Under the pieces are notes generated by a model that was not told the DNA's origin, made no database searches, and saw nothing but the letters and a program-made list of their open reading frames with translations. From Rhodothermales bacterium (lineage in GTDB: Bacteria; Bacteroidota; Rhodothermia; Rhodothermales; JANQRZ01), in the NCBI GenBank assembly GCA_038232935.1, contig JBBSMX010000002.1, positions 9,231-73,230 on the forward strand: 64,000 nt of DNA, read 5' to 3'. Every line of letters starts with the position of its first letter. Positions within the stretch are counted from its first letter, which is position 1. Shown here in pieces: positions 49,329-64,000 of this stretch. The position numbers and the translations under genes are program-made.

Positions 49329-49361
49329 GCGCCGGCCTCTCGATGGAGGCCGGCGCTTTTT
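49329..49361 (+). terminator. rho-independent terminator (may also serve convergent nadA)
   Basis: gcgccggcctc / gaggccggcgc form an 11-bp perfect stem with a 6-nt loop, followed by ttttt. Confidence 0.65.
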
Positions 49362-49380
49362 GCTTGTAGGTCCGCCATCC

Positions 49381-50388
49381 TCACCGAACGCCTTCGCTCA
49401 TCGCCAGCATGCGCTCGATGGGTTGGAGGGCACGGAGCCGGATGGCCTCGTCCATCAGGATCTCCGGGGCCTCGTGCTTGAGGCAGAGGTAGAGCTTCTC
49501 CAGCGTGTTGAGCTTCATGTGGGGGCAGTCGTTGCAGGCGCAGCCATTGGAGGGCGGCGCAGCGATGAACGTCTTGTCCGGGTTGTCCTTCTGCATCTGA
49601 TGCAGGATGCCGGACTCCGTCGCCACGATGAACGTGTCGGCCTCGCTCTCGGTGGCGAAGCGGCGTATGCCGCTCGTCGAGCCAATGTAGTCGGCGTGTT
49701 GGAGGACGGCTTCTTCGCACTCGGGGTGGGCGAGCACGGGCGCGTTTGGGTGGCGTGCTTTTAGCCGGATGAGCTGCTGCTCGGAGAATACCTCGTGGAC
49801 AATACAGCTCCCCTCCCACAGCACCATGTCGCGCCCGGTCTGCTTGATGAGCCAGCGACCGAGGTTGCGGTCCGGCGCGAAGATGATCCCCTGATCTTCC
49901 GGGATCTGCCGGACGAGGTGCTCGGCGTTGGACGAGGTGCAGATGATGTCCGTCTGCGCTTTGATGTCGGCCGTGCAGTTGATGTACGAGATCACGATGT
50001 GATCCGGGTGCAGCGCCCGGAACGCTGCGAACGCCTCGGGCGGGCACGAGTCGGCGAGGGAGCAGCCGGCGTTGAGGTCGGGGAGGAGCACCTTTTTATC
50101 CGGGTTCAGAATCTTCGCCGTCTCGGCCATGAAGTGGACGCCTGCGAAGACGATGATGTCGGCGTCGGTCCGGGCGGCTTCACGAGCGAGCCCGAGCGAG
50201 TCGCCGATGTAGTCGGCGATGTCCTGGATGTCGGGCTCCTGGTAGTAGTGGGCGAGGAGCACGGCCTTCTTCTCCGCTTTGAGCCGCTCGATCTCCTCGA
50301 ACAGGTCGAGGGTCGGATCGATGGGCTCGCGGACGTAGCCGACGGTGGCGAGCACGTCGGGCGCGAGGATGTTGAGGGTTTCGGTCAT
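49381..50388 (-). CDS. nadA: quinolinate synthase
   Basis: ATG 50388 ([11 protein letters not shown]...). Blocks [34 protein letters not shown] and [12 protein letters not shown] are typical NadA. Confidence 0.9.
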   Translation of the reverse strand: MTETLNILAPDVLATVGYVREPIDPTLDLFEEIERLKAEKKAVLLAHYYQEPDIQDIADYIGDSLGLAREAARTDADIIVFAGVHFMAETAKILNPDKKVLLPDLNAGCSLADSCPPEAFAAFRALHPDHIVISYINCTADIKAQTDIICTSSNAEHLVRQIPEDQGIIFAPDRNLGRWLIKQTGRDMVLWEGSCIVHEVFSEQQLIRLKARHPNAPVLAHPECEEAVLQHADYIGSTSGIRRFATESEADTFIVATESGILHQMQKDNPDKTFIAAPPSNGCACNDCPHMKLNTLEKLYLCLKHEAPEILMDEAIRLRALQPIERMLAMSEGVR

Positions 50389-50485
50389 CGGTGGAGCGAG
50401 GTAACGGGGAGACGGGGCCTGTGACGGGCAAGGGTAAACGGGCGACGCAGCGGCCGGTTCTACCCGATTACCTCTCCTCAGCGCC

Positions 50486-50513
50486 GTAGGGACATGGCGC
50501 GCCATGTCCCTAC
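50486..50513. repeat. perfect 28-bp palindrome between the lolD-like stop and nadA start
   Basis: gtagggacatggcgcgccatgtccctac equals its own reverse complement. It begins 8 nt past the ABC ATPase stop and ends 98 nt upstream of the nadA ATG. Confidence 0.8.
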
Positions 50514-50520
50514 AACGGCC

Positions 50521-52655
<2,135 letters not shown>

Positions 52656-52729
52656 GGGCAGAGGGGCGAATGGCGAAGGGCGCGGGAGGGTACGAGCGGT
52701 GGAGCGAGAGGTTCACGCCGCGCCGGCCG

Positions 52730-53467
52730 TCACTCTGCGGCTTGAGCCATCGCGTCGAGGCGGGCGGTGTACGCCGGGACGTTCGCGGCCTGCGAGGCGT
52801 CCGGGTACTCCTCGGCGATCTCTTCGTAGGCCGCGCGGGCGGCGGCAATGTCGCCGGCCTGCTCGAAGTTGCGGGCGGCGTCCATGTAGTAGCCCGGCGC
52901 GGTCGCCGCGCTCTCGTAGCTGCGGGCGGCGCGCTGGTAGAGGCGGGCGGCCTCGGCGTTGTCGCCACGCTGCTCGGCGACGGCTGCCTGGCCGGCGATG
53001 GCGCTGGCCCCGAGGATGTCCTCGCCACCGTCGTAGTCCTCGAAGTACTCCTCGGCCTCGTCGTAGCGGCCGAGCTGGAAGAGGGCGCTCGCGGCGTAGA
53101 ACCGGGCGAGGTTGCCCGCGTCCGTCGCGCCGTACTCGTCGGCGATGGCGAGCAGGCCGGGTGCGTTGGGCGTCCCGTCGAGGGATTCCTGGAACGAACC
53201 GGCCTCGTAGAGCGGGAGCACCTCGCCGAGCGCTTCGTTGGCCGCATCCCCCTGATTGCTCTGGTAGTAGGTCCAGCCGAGCACGCCGAAGAAGATCACG
53301 ACGATCCCGACGCCTGCAGCGATGAGCGCGCCCCGGTTCTGCTCGGCCATCGTTATCGTCCGCGCGTAGGCCGTGACGACTTTGTCCTCCCGGAGCTCCT
53401 GGCGACGGCTAACCTGCTTGGGGGGCTTAAGCATCGAAGACATAAGGGGGCGTGTCGTTGCAGCCAC
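52730..53467 (-). CDS. YfgM-like membrane-anchored TPR protein (start uncertain: 53467, 53443 or 53434)
   Basis: N-terminal KQVSRRQELREDKV, one TM (ALIAAGVGIVVIFFGVLGW), then TPR-like repeats. Confidence 0.55.
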   Translation of the reverse strand: MAATTRPLMSSMLKPPKQVSRRQELREDKVVTAYARTITMAEQNRGALIAAGVGIVVIFFGVLGWTYYQSNQGDAANEALGEVLPLYEAGSFQESLDGTPNAPGLLAIADEYGATDAGNLARFYAASALFQLGRYDEAEEYFEDYDGGEDILGASAIAGQAAVAEQRGDNAEAARLYQRAARSYESAATAPGYYMDAARNFEQAGDIAAARAAYEEIAEEYPDASQAANVPAYTARLDAMAQAAE

Positions 53468-53697
53468 TCGGCGAGAGCGCCTGCTGGTTGTAGAGGGTTA
53501 GACGCCCCGGATGGAGCGAGGCGCTGAAGATAGGTCGGGGGTGAAGCGGCTGCAACGGAGGGCCGCCGCACGAACGCCCTTTGCGCCGTTTTCAGAGCCC
53601 TTTTTGCCGCGTTTTCACTACGTTGCCCAAGGCGGCTCCGTAGGTTGCCCTCCGCGCCCGAATTGCGGCCTCTCCCCTCACCCTAGCCCTCGCTTTT

Positions 53698-54723
53698 ATG
53701 TCGATCAAGATTGGAATCAACGGGTTCGGCCGGATCGGCCGGCTCGTCTTCCGCGCCATCCTCGAACGCAAAGGGAACGGTCAGAGCGATTACGATGTCG
53801 TCGCCGTCAACGACCTCACCGATGCCGAGACCCTCGCCCACCTCTTCAAGTACGACTCCGTCCACGGCATCTACCCCGGCGACGTCCGCGTCGAAGGCGG
53901 CGACCTCGTCATCGACGGCGACCGCTTCAAGGTCTTCGCCGAGCGCGACCCCTCCGCCCTCCCGTGGGGCGATCTCGGGGCCGAAGTCGTGGTCGAGTCC
54001 ACGGGCGTATTCCGCACGCGGGAGAAAGCGGCGCTCCACCTCAAAGGCGGGGCGAAGAAGGTCGTCATCTCCGCCCCGGCGAGCGGCAACGTAGACGCCA
54101 CGATCGTGATCGGTGTCAACGACGACACCCTCACCGGCGACGAGGAGATCGTCTCGAACGCGAGCTGCACGACGAACTGCCTCGCCCCGATGGTCAAGGT
54201 GCTTGACGACGCGTTCGGCGTGGAGATGGGCTTCATGACGACGATCCACGCCTACACCTCCGATCAGAACATTCAGGACGCCCCACACAAGGACCTCCGC
54301 CGCGCCCGCGCCGCCGCCCTCAACATGGTCCCGACGACGACCGGCGCCGCGAAGGCCGTCGGCCTCGTCCTCCCCGAGCTCCAAGGCAAGCTCGACGGGT
54401 TCGCCGTCCGCGTCCCCGTCCCCGACGGCTCGCTCACCGACCTCTCGGTCATCCTCAAGACCGAGGCCACCGCCGACGAGATCAACGCGGCGTTCGAGCA
54501 GGCCGGCAGCGGCGCGATGCAGGGTATCCTCGAATACTCGACCGCACCCCTCGTCTCCTCCGACATCGTCCATAACGCGCACTCCTGCATCTTCGACTCC
54601 GAGCAGACGATGGCGCACGGGAAGATGGCGAAGGTGGTCGGCTGGTACGACAACGAGTGGGGCTACTCGAACCGCACCGTGGATCTCATCGGCAAGCTGA
54701 TGAAGGTCGGCGCGACCGCCTGA
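53698..54723 (+). CDS. gap: type I glyceraldehyde-3-phosphate dehydrogenase
   Basis: [16 protein letters not shown]-binding motif, active site [21 protein letters not shown] near the C-terminus. Confidence 0.95.
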   Translation: MSIKIGINGFGRIGRLVFRAILERKGNGQSDYDVVAVNDLTDAETLAHLFKYDSVHGIYPGDVRVEGGDLVIDGDRFKVFAERDPSALPWGDLGAEVVVESTGVFRTREKAALHLKGGAKKVVISAPASGNVDATIVIGVNDDTLTGDEEIVSNASCTTNCLAPMVKVLDDAFGVEMGFMTTIHAYTSDQNIQDAPHKDLRRARAAALNMVPTTTGAAKAVGLVLPELQGKLDGFAVRVPVPDGSLTDLSVILKTEATADEINAAFEQAGSGAMQGILEYSTAPLVSSDIVHNAHSCIFDSEQTMAHGKMAKVVGWYDNEWGYSNRTVDLIGKLMKVGATA

Positions 54724-54739
54724 CATTTTCCGAATGATT

Positions 54740-54804
54740 GATTGGGTGATTCGCTGATTGGCTGATTTGGAGGCGCAATCACCCAATCAGCGAATCACCC
54801 AATC
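54740..54804 (+). promoter_or_regulatory. 22-bp perfect inverted repeat filling the gap-pgk spacer
   Basis: gattgggtgattcgctgattgg (54740..54761) pairs with ccaatcagcgaatcacccaatc (54783..54804), 21-nt loop. It ends 5 nt before the pgk ATG. Confidence 0.75.
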
Positions 54805-54809
54805 GCATA

Positions 54810-55991
54810 ATGCCGAAGCTCACCCTCGACGACCTCGACCTCAGCGGGCGCCGCGTGCTCGTCCGCGTGGATTTCAACGTGCCCCTCGAAGACGGCACAA
54901 TCACCGACGACACCCGCATCCGCGCCGCCCTCCCCACGATCCGGAAGATCACCGGCAGCGGCAGCAAGGCGATCCTGATGAGCCACCTCGGCCGGCCGAA
55001 AGGCGCGCCGGACCCGGCGTACTCCCTCGCCCTCGTCGCCGAACACCTCCGCACGCTCATCGACGCGCCCGTCGTGTTCTCCGAGGCGACCGTCGGCGAC
55101 GCGGCGGAGCAGGCCATCGCCGACGCCCCGGACGGCGCAGTGATTCTGCTCGAAAACACCCGCTTCCATCCCGGCGAGACGGCGAACGATGCCGACTTCT
55201 CGCAGCAGCTCGCCGCCCTCGGCGAGGTGTACGTAGACGACGCCTTCGGAGCGGCGCACCGTGCCCACGCCTCGACGGTCGGCGTCACGGAGTTCGTCGA
55301 GCAGGCGGCGATGGGATACCTGTTGCAGCGCGAGGTCGAAACGCTCGGCGCGGCGCTGGAGAACCCGGAGCGGCCGTTCGTCGCCGTGCTCGGCGGGGCC
55401 AAGGTGTCCGACAAGCTCGGCGTGATCCGCGCCCTCCTCGGCAAAGTGGACCGGCTGCTGATCGGCGGAGCCATGAGCTACACGTTCCTCAAAGGGCTCG
55501 GCCACGACGTCGGCGACTCCAAGATCGAGGCCGACCGGACGGACGAAGCGTTCGAACTCTACGACGGCGCGCGCGACCAGATCGTCCTCCCCACGGACCA
55601 CGTGGTCGCCGACGCGTTCGACAACGACGCCGAGCGGCGGATCGTCGACGGCGAGATCGGGCACGGGATGGCGCTCGACATCGGGCCGCAGACGCGCGAC
55701 CAGTACCGCAGCATCCTCTCGAAGGCAAAGACCGTCATCTGGAACGGACCGATGGGCGTCTTTGAGATGCCGAACTTCGCGGCGGGCACGCTCGCCGTCG
55801 CCGAGGCCATCGTCGAAGCGACGCGCGAGAACGACGCCCTCACGATTGTCGGCGGCGGCGACTCCGTCGCGGCCGTCACGCAGGCGGGCTACGCCGACGA
55901 CGTCTCGCACGTCTCGACGGGCGGCGGGGCCATGCTGGAGTTCCTCGAAGGCGAAGACCTGCCGGGCATCGCTGCACTGTCGGACCGCTAG
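54810..55991 (+). CDS. pgk: phosphoglycerate kinase
   Basis: RVDFNVP, SHLGRPKG, GGAKVSDK and WNGPMGVFE motifs. Confidence 0.95.
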   Translation: MPKLTLDDLDLSGRRVLVRVDFNVPLEDGTITDDTRIRAALPTIRKITGSGSKAILMSHLGRPKGAPDPAYSLALVAEHLRTLIDAPVVFSEATVGDAAEQAIADAPDGAVILLENTRFHPGETANDADFSQQLAALGEVYVDDAFGAAHRAHASTVGVTEFVEQAAMGYLLQREVETLGAALENPERPFVAVLGGAKVSDKLGVIRALLGKVDRLLIGGAMSYTFLKGLGHDVGDSKIEADRTDEAFELYDGARDQIVLPTDHVVADAFDNDAERRIVDGEIGHGMALDIGPQTRDQYRSILSKAKTVIWNGPMGVFEMPNFAAGTLAVAEAIVEATRENDALTIVGGGDSVAAVTQAGYADDVSHVSTGGGAMLEFLEGEDLPGIAALSDR

Positions 55992-56017
55992 TTACTGCAC
56001 AGGCACCTCCCCTGCCC

Positions 56018-56557
56018 ATGAGTACGCTCACCTACTACGTCGCCGCCACCCTCGACGGGTTCATCGCTCACGAGGACGGCTCGTTCGACGGGTTCGCGCG
56101 GGACGACGAGGTCGTCGCGGACTTTTTCGCTGACCTGGAAGCGTTCGGGACCGTCCTCATGGGACGGAAGACGTACGAGGTCGGGGTGAAAGAAGGGAAA
56201 ACCAGCCCGTACCCTTCGATGCGGCAGGTCGTCTTCTCCCAGACGATGGAGGCACGTCCCGATGAAGCGGTCGAGCTGGTACGCGGAGACATCGTCGAGT
56301 TCGTCCGCGCCCTGAAATCTGACGCCGACGCCCCGGTCTGGCTCTGCGGCCGTGCCGACGTGGCCTCGACGCTGATGGAAGCCGGGCTGGTGGACCGCGT
56401 GGTCGTGAAGCTCAACCCGGTCGTTTTCGGGTCGGGCATCCCGCTGTTCACGGACGCCGCTCCGCAGACCGCGTTAGCGCTCAAAGAGACGAAGGTGTAT
56501 GACTGCGGAATCGTTCTCCTCCTCTATGACGTGAACCGCTCCAACCTCCAACCCTAG
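56018..56557 (+). CDS. dihydrofolate reductase-like (RibD C-terminal domain) family protein
   Basis: 179 aa. MSTLTYYVAATLDGFIA..., VLMGRKTYE, and LKLNPVVFGSG-type ending. Confidence 0.75.
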   Translation: MSTLTYYVAATLDGFIAHEDGSFDGFARDDEVVADFFADLEAFGTVLMGRKTYEVGVKEGKTSPYPSMRQVVFSQTMEARPDEAVELVRGDIVEFVRALKSDADAPVWLCGRADVASTLMEAGLVDRVVVKLNPVVFGSGIPLFTDAAPQTALALKETKVYDCGIVLLLYDVNRSNLQP

Positions 56558-56561
56558 ACGC

Positions 56562-57539
56562 ATGCAAGTCGACACTACCACCGTCGTCACCGAGTCCTCC
56601 AGTCTCACGCTCGCGGACCTAGCCGGGCTGGACTTCTGGCTCGGTCTCGGAGCTTCGGTGCTCCGCGTCGCCGTCATCCTCGGCCTCGCCATCTTCATCA
56701 TTGGCCTCGTACGACGGCTGATGTTGCGGTGGCGGGCGGAAACGGAAGCCCTACCTGCTATTGACCCGCGCCGGCAGCGCGCGTTCACGGTCTCGAACCT
56801 CATCATGTCGTCGACACGCTACGTCGTGTGGACGTTCACCACGATCATGGTGCTCGCCGCGATTGGCCTCGACATCGGACCGCTTATCGCCGGGGCCGGA
56901 ATCGCCGGCCTCGCGGTCGGCTTCGGCGCGCAGACGCTCGTCAAGGACGTCATCGCCGGCCTCTTCCTCCTCTTCGACGACATCATCCACGTCGGCGACC
57001 TCATCACGTTCGGCTCCACGACGGGCACCGTCGAGGGTATCAGCCTCCGGCTCGTGAAGGTGCGCAAGTTCGATGGCGAGCTCGTCATGATCCCGGCCGG
57101 CGAGCTCCGGACGTTCGGCAACAAGAGCGTCGGCTTCGCCCGCGTGGTCGTCCCCATCGGCGTCTCCTACGAGCAGGACCTCGACGAAATCCTCGACGTG
57201 ATGCGCGAGGTGGCCGAGGAGTGGGCCGCCGTACCGGAGCACAAAGAGGTCATGCTGGAAGAGAAGCCGACGATCCAGGCGATCACCGATCTCGGCGAGT
57301 CGGCGGTGACGGTGCGGATCGTGTTCCAGGTGATCCCCGGCTCGCAGTTCCCCGCCGAGCGCGAGCTGCGCGCGATGATCAAGCGGCGCTTCGACGCGCA
57401 GGGCATCGAGATCCCGTTCCCGCGCCGCACCGTCTATGTCCGGCAGGAAACCGAATTGCCCGCCCGCTCGGTCAAAGCTGTTCCCGAAGGGGACGGCGCG
57501 AGCGGAGAAAACACGACCACGCCCCCGGCCACAACCTGA
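56562..57539 (+). CDS. mechanosensitive ion channel (MscS family)
   Basis: Three TM helices then FGAQTLVKDVIAGLFLLFDDIIHVGDLI...GTVEGISLRLVKVRKFDGELVMIPAGEL. Confidence 0.8.
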   Translation: MQVDTTTVVTESSSLTLADLAGLDFWLGLGASVLRVAVILGLAIFIIGLVRRLMLRWRAETEALPAIDPRRQRAFTVSNLIMSSTRYVVWTFTTIMVLAAIGLDIGPLIAGAGIAGLAVGFGAQTLVKDVIAGLFLLFDDIIHVGDLITFGSTTGTVEGISLRLVKVRKFDGELVMIPAGELRTFGNKSVGFARVVVPIGVSYEQDLDEILDVMREVAEEWAAVPEHKEVMLEEKPTIQAITDLGESAVTVRIVFQVIPGSQFPAERELRAMIKRRFDAQGIEIPFPRRTVYVRQETELPARSVKAVPEGDGASGENTTTPPATT

Positions 57540-57547
57540 CCGCTCCG

Positions 57548-58504
57548 ATGGCGGCGATCTCGACCCTCGGTCTCCACAAGACCTACCGCAGCGCATTCGG
57601 CCCGAGTATCGAGGCGCTCCAGCCACTCGATTTGGAGGTCGAGCGCGGCGAGATCTTCGGCCTGCTCGGCCCGAACGGGGCCGGCAAGACGACCCTCGTG
57701 AAGCTGTTGCTCGGAATCGCCCTGCCGAGCGGTGGCGAGGGACGGCTCTTCGGCCGGTCGATCCGCGAGGCTGAGGCGCGACGGCCCGTGGGATTTCTCC
57801 CCGAGAGCCACCGGTTTCCAGACTACCTCACGGCCGCGCAGGTGCTCGACGCCTACGCCCGTATCGCCGGGGTGGACGAGGCCGAGCGCACGCGCCGGAT
57901 TCCGGAGATGCTCGAGCGCGTCCGCATGAGCAAGTGGGCCGACACCCGCGTCCGCAAGTTCTCGAAGGGGATGATGCAGCGGCTAGGCCTCGCGCAAGCC
58001 CTCGTGAACGCGCCGGAGTTGGTCTTCCTCGACGAGCCCACCGACGGCGTGGACCCCGTCGGCCGCCGCGAGATCCGCGACCTGCTGCTGGAGATCAGCC
58101 GCGAGGGGACGACGATCTTCCTCAACTCGCACCTGCTGAGCGAGGTCGAGCAGGTCTGCACGCGCGTCGCGATTCTGAAAGAGGGCCGGCTGGCTCGGCT
58201 CGGCACCGTGGAGGAGCTGACGACGCAGGACAGGGTCTACGAGCTGCGCTGCACGCTCCTACCCGACTCGGTCGATCCCGGCATCGCCGGTCTGCTCCGA
58301 CCGCTAGCCCCGTCTGAGTCGAAGGGCTCGGGGGACGAGGCACTCGCGGGCTATCGGCTCGCGGTGCAGGACCGCGCGCATCTCAACACCGTGCTGGACG
58401 CGCTGCGCGGAGCCGCCGTCGAGATCGAGTCCGTGCAGCCGCTCCGCCAGAGCCTGGAGGAGTTCTTCGTCGAGGTCGTGGAGAGCCCGAGCGTCGAGGC
58501 TTAG
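57548..58504 (+). CDS. ABC transporter ATP-binding protein (ABC-2/CcmA-like), no adjacent permease
   Basis: ATG 57548. Walker A GPNGAGKTT, signature FSKGMMQRLGLAQAL, Walker B LVFLDEPTDGVD. Confidence 0.8.
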   Translation: MAAISTLGLHKTYRSAFGPSIEALQPLDLEVERGEIFGLLGPNGAGKTTLVKLLLGIALPSGGEGRLFGRSIREAEARRPVGFLPESHRFPDYLTAAQVLDAYARIAGVDEAERTRRIPEMLERVRMSKWADTRVRKFSKGMMQRLGLAQALVNAPELVFLDEPTDGVDPVGRREIRDLLLEISREGTTIFLNSHLLSEVEQVCTRVAILKEGRLARLGTVEELTTQDRVYELRCTLLPDSVDPGIAGLLRPLAPSESKGSGDEALAGYRLAVQDRAHLNTVLDALRGAAVEIESVQPLRQSLEEFFVEVVESPSVEA

Positions 58505-58597
58505 CGCGCCTCACGCTCGGGCCTGGGAGGCCAGGCGGGTGGGCGTGGCTTCGAGAGGAAACCCCTCCGCACCGCGCCCGCCGTCAGCCACGCTCGA

Positions 58598-63457
<4,860 letters not shown>

Positions 63458-63506
63458 CGGTCGGAAACAGGAGGTCAGAAACAGTGCGGGTGAAGCGGAC
63501 CGCGTG

Positions 63507-64000
63507 TTAGTTGGAGTGCGGCTCCGTCATCGCGGCGACGACGGCGCGGTCGCCTTTGTACGGCTCGCGGGCGTGGGCGACGGCCATGTTGTTGAGCATC
63601 ATCACGTCCCCCTCTTCCCACAGAAACGCGACGGTTTCCTCGCGGTAGGCGTCGAAGAGGTGGGCGATGTCGTCCGGGTCGATGGGCGTGCCGTCGCCGT
63701 AATACGTGTTGTACGGCAGGCCCTCGACGCCGAACGCGTCGAGCAGACGCTCGCGGACGGTGGGCTCGAGCGCGGAGACGTGGAAGAAGGCGGCATGGTT
63801 GAACCAGCACGTCTCCCCCGTCACCGGGTGCGTGCGGACGGACGGGCGGATCTGCCGCGTGCGGAGCCGGTCGCCGTCCTTCCACTCGAACGCGATGTCG
63901 TTGGCGCGGCAGTACGCCTCGACCTCTTCCTTGCTATCGGTCTGATAGACCTCCTGCCACGGCAGCCCGAACCCGTCGTTGTAGTTGCGGACGTACATCA
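63507..64000 (-). CDS. TauD/TfdA-family Fe(II)/2-oxoglutarate dioxygenase (SyrP-like), 5' end beyond the window
   Basis: The C-terminal 163 aa are visible (RTHPVTGETCWFNHAAFFH..., MMLNNMAVAHAREPY). Frame is still open at base 64000. Stop is 49 nt upstream of the NRPS start. Confidence 0.8.
   Translation of the reverse strand, partial: MYVRNYNDGFGLPWQEVYQTDSKEEVEAYCRANDIAFEWKDGDRLRTRQIRPSVRTHPVTGETCWFNHAAFFHVSALEPTVRERLLDAFGVEGLPYNTYYGDGTPIDPDDIAHLFDAYREETVAFLWEEGDVMMLNNMAVAHAREPYKGDRAVVAAMTEPHSN

Noticed and set aside
50389-50485. nadA-motif (NAD+-I) riboswitch in the nadA leader
   Set aside because: I considered it because of the gene context and two adjacent CCCCGU boxes on the mRNA strand (ggCCCCGUcuCCCCGUuacc). 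But the boxes are 2 nt apart rather than in two separate bulged-stem domains, and I cannot draw the consensus structure. Left for an Rfam RF03013 scan.

Overview
The window is a GC-rich chromosomal segment, roughly two-thirds G+C by eye (not computed). Short AT-rich spacers sit at about 9.6, 25.3, 41.9 and 49.1 kb.

Gene content looks Bacteroidota-like or Rhodothermota-like. Evidence is a type IX secretion porU-porV pair, a T9SS C-terminal-domain cargo protease, a truncated glycogen-synthase-like gene, and no obvious Shine-Dalgarno sequences. This taxonomic call is inference only.

I support about 46 protein genes. Most are housekeeping or envelope functions:
- sufS, modAB, HU, M16 and M1 peptidases, patatin
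- ggt, a Na+/solute symporter, a DAACS transporter
- nadA, a lolD-like ATPase, a sigma-54 activator
- gap-pgk, mscS, and a large propeller-type hybrid histidine kinase

I recognised no rRNA, tRNA, CRISPR array, transposase, integrase or phage genes. The many long Arg/Pro/Gly-rich ORFs in the track are shadow ORFs caused by high GC, and many true starts lie inside the listed ORFs.

The most unusual locus is at the right edge (58.6-64.0 kb, minus strand). A TauD-family dioxygenase gene is followed by a stand-alone one-module NRPS with four oddities:
- its N-terminal condensation-like domain lacks both catalytic histidines
- its adenylation domain is interrupted by an FkbM-like methyltransferase
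- its thioesterase has Cys in place of the nucleophilic Ser
- its last ~25 codons appear frameshifted at a G9 homopolymer

Secondary items:
- a lower-GC regulatory islet (40.2-42.2 kb) with a stand-alone HisKA/DHp protein behind a sigma-54-like promoter and a TPR/Fis-HTH protein
- a candidate 41-codon secreted-peptide gene with its own promoter and terminator
- an M1 peptidase with a ~480-aa possible beta-barrel extension
- several strong palindromes and repeats in intergenic spacers
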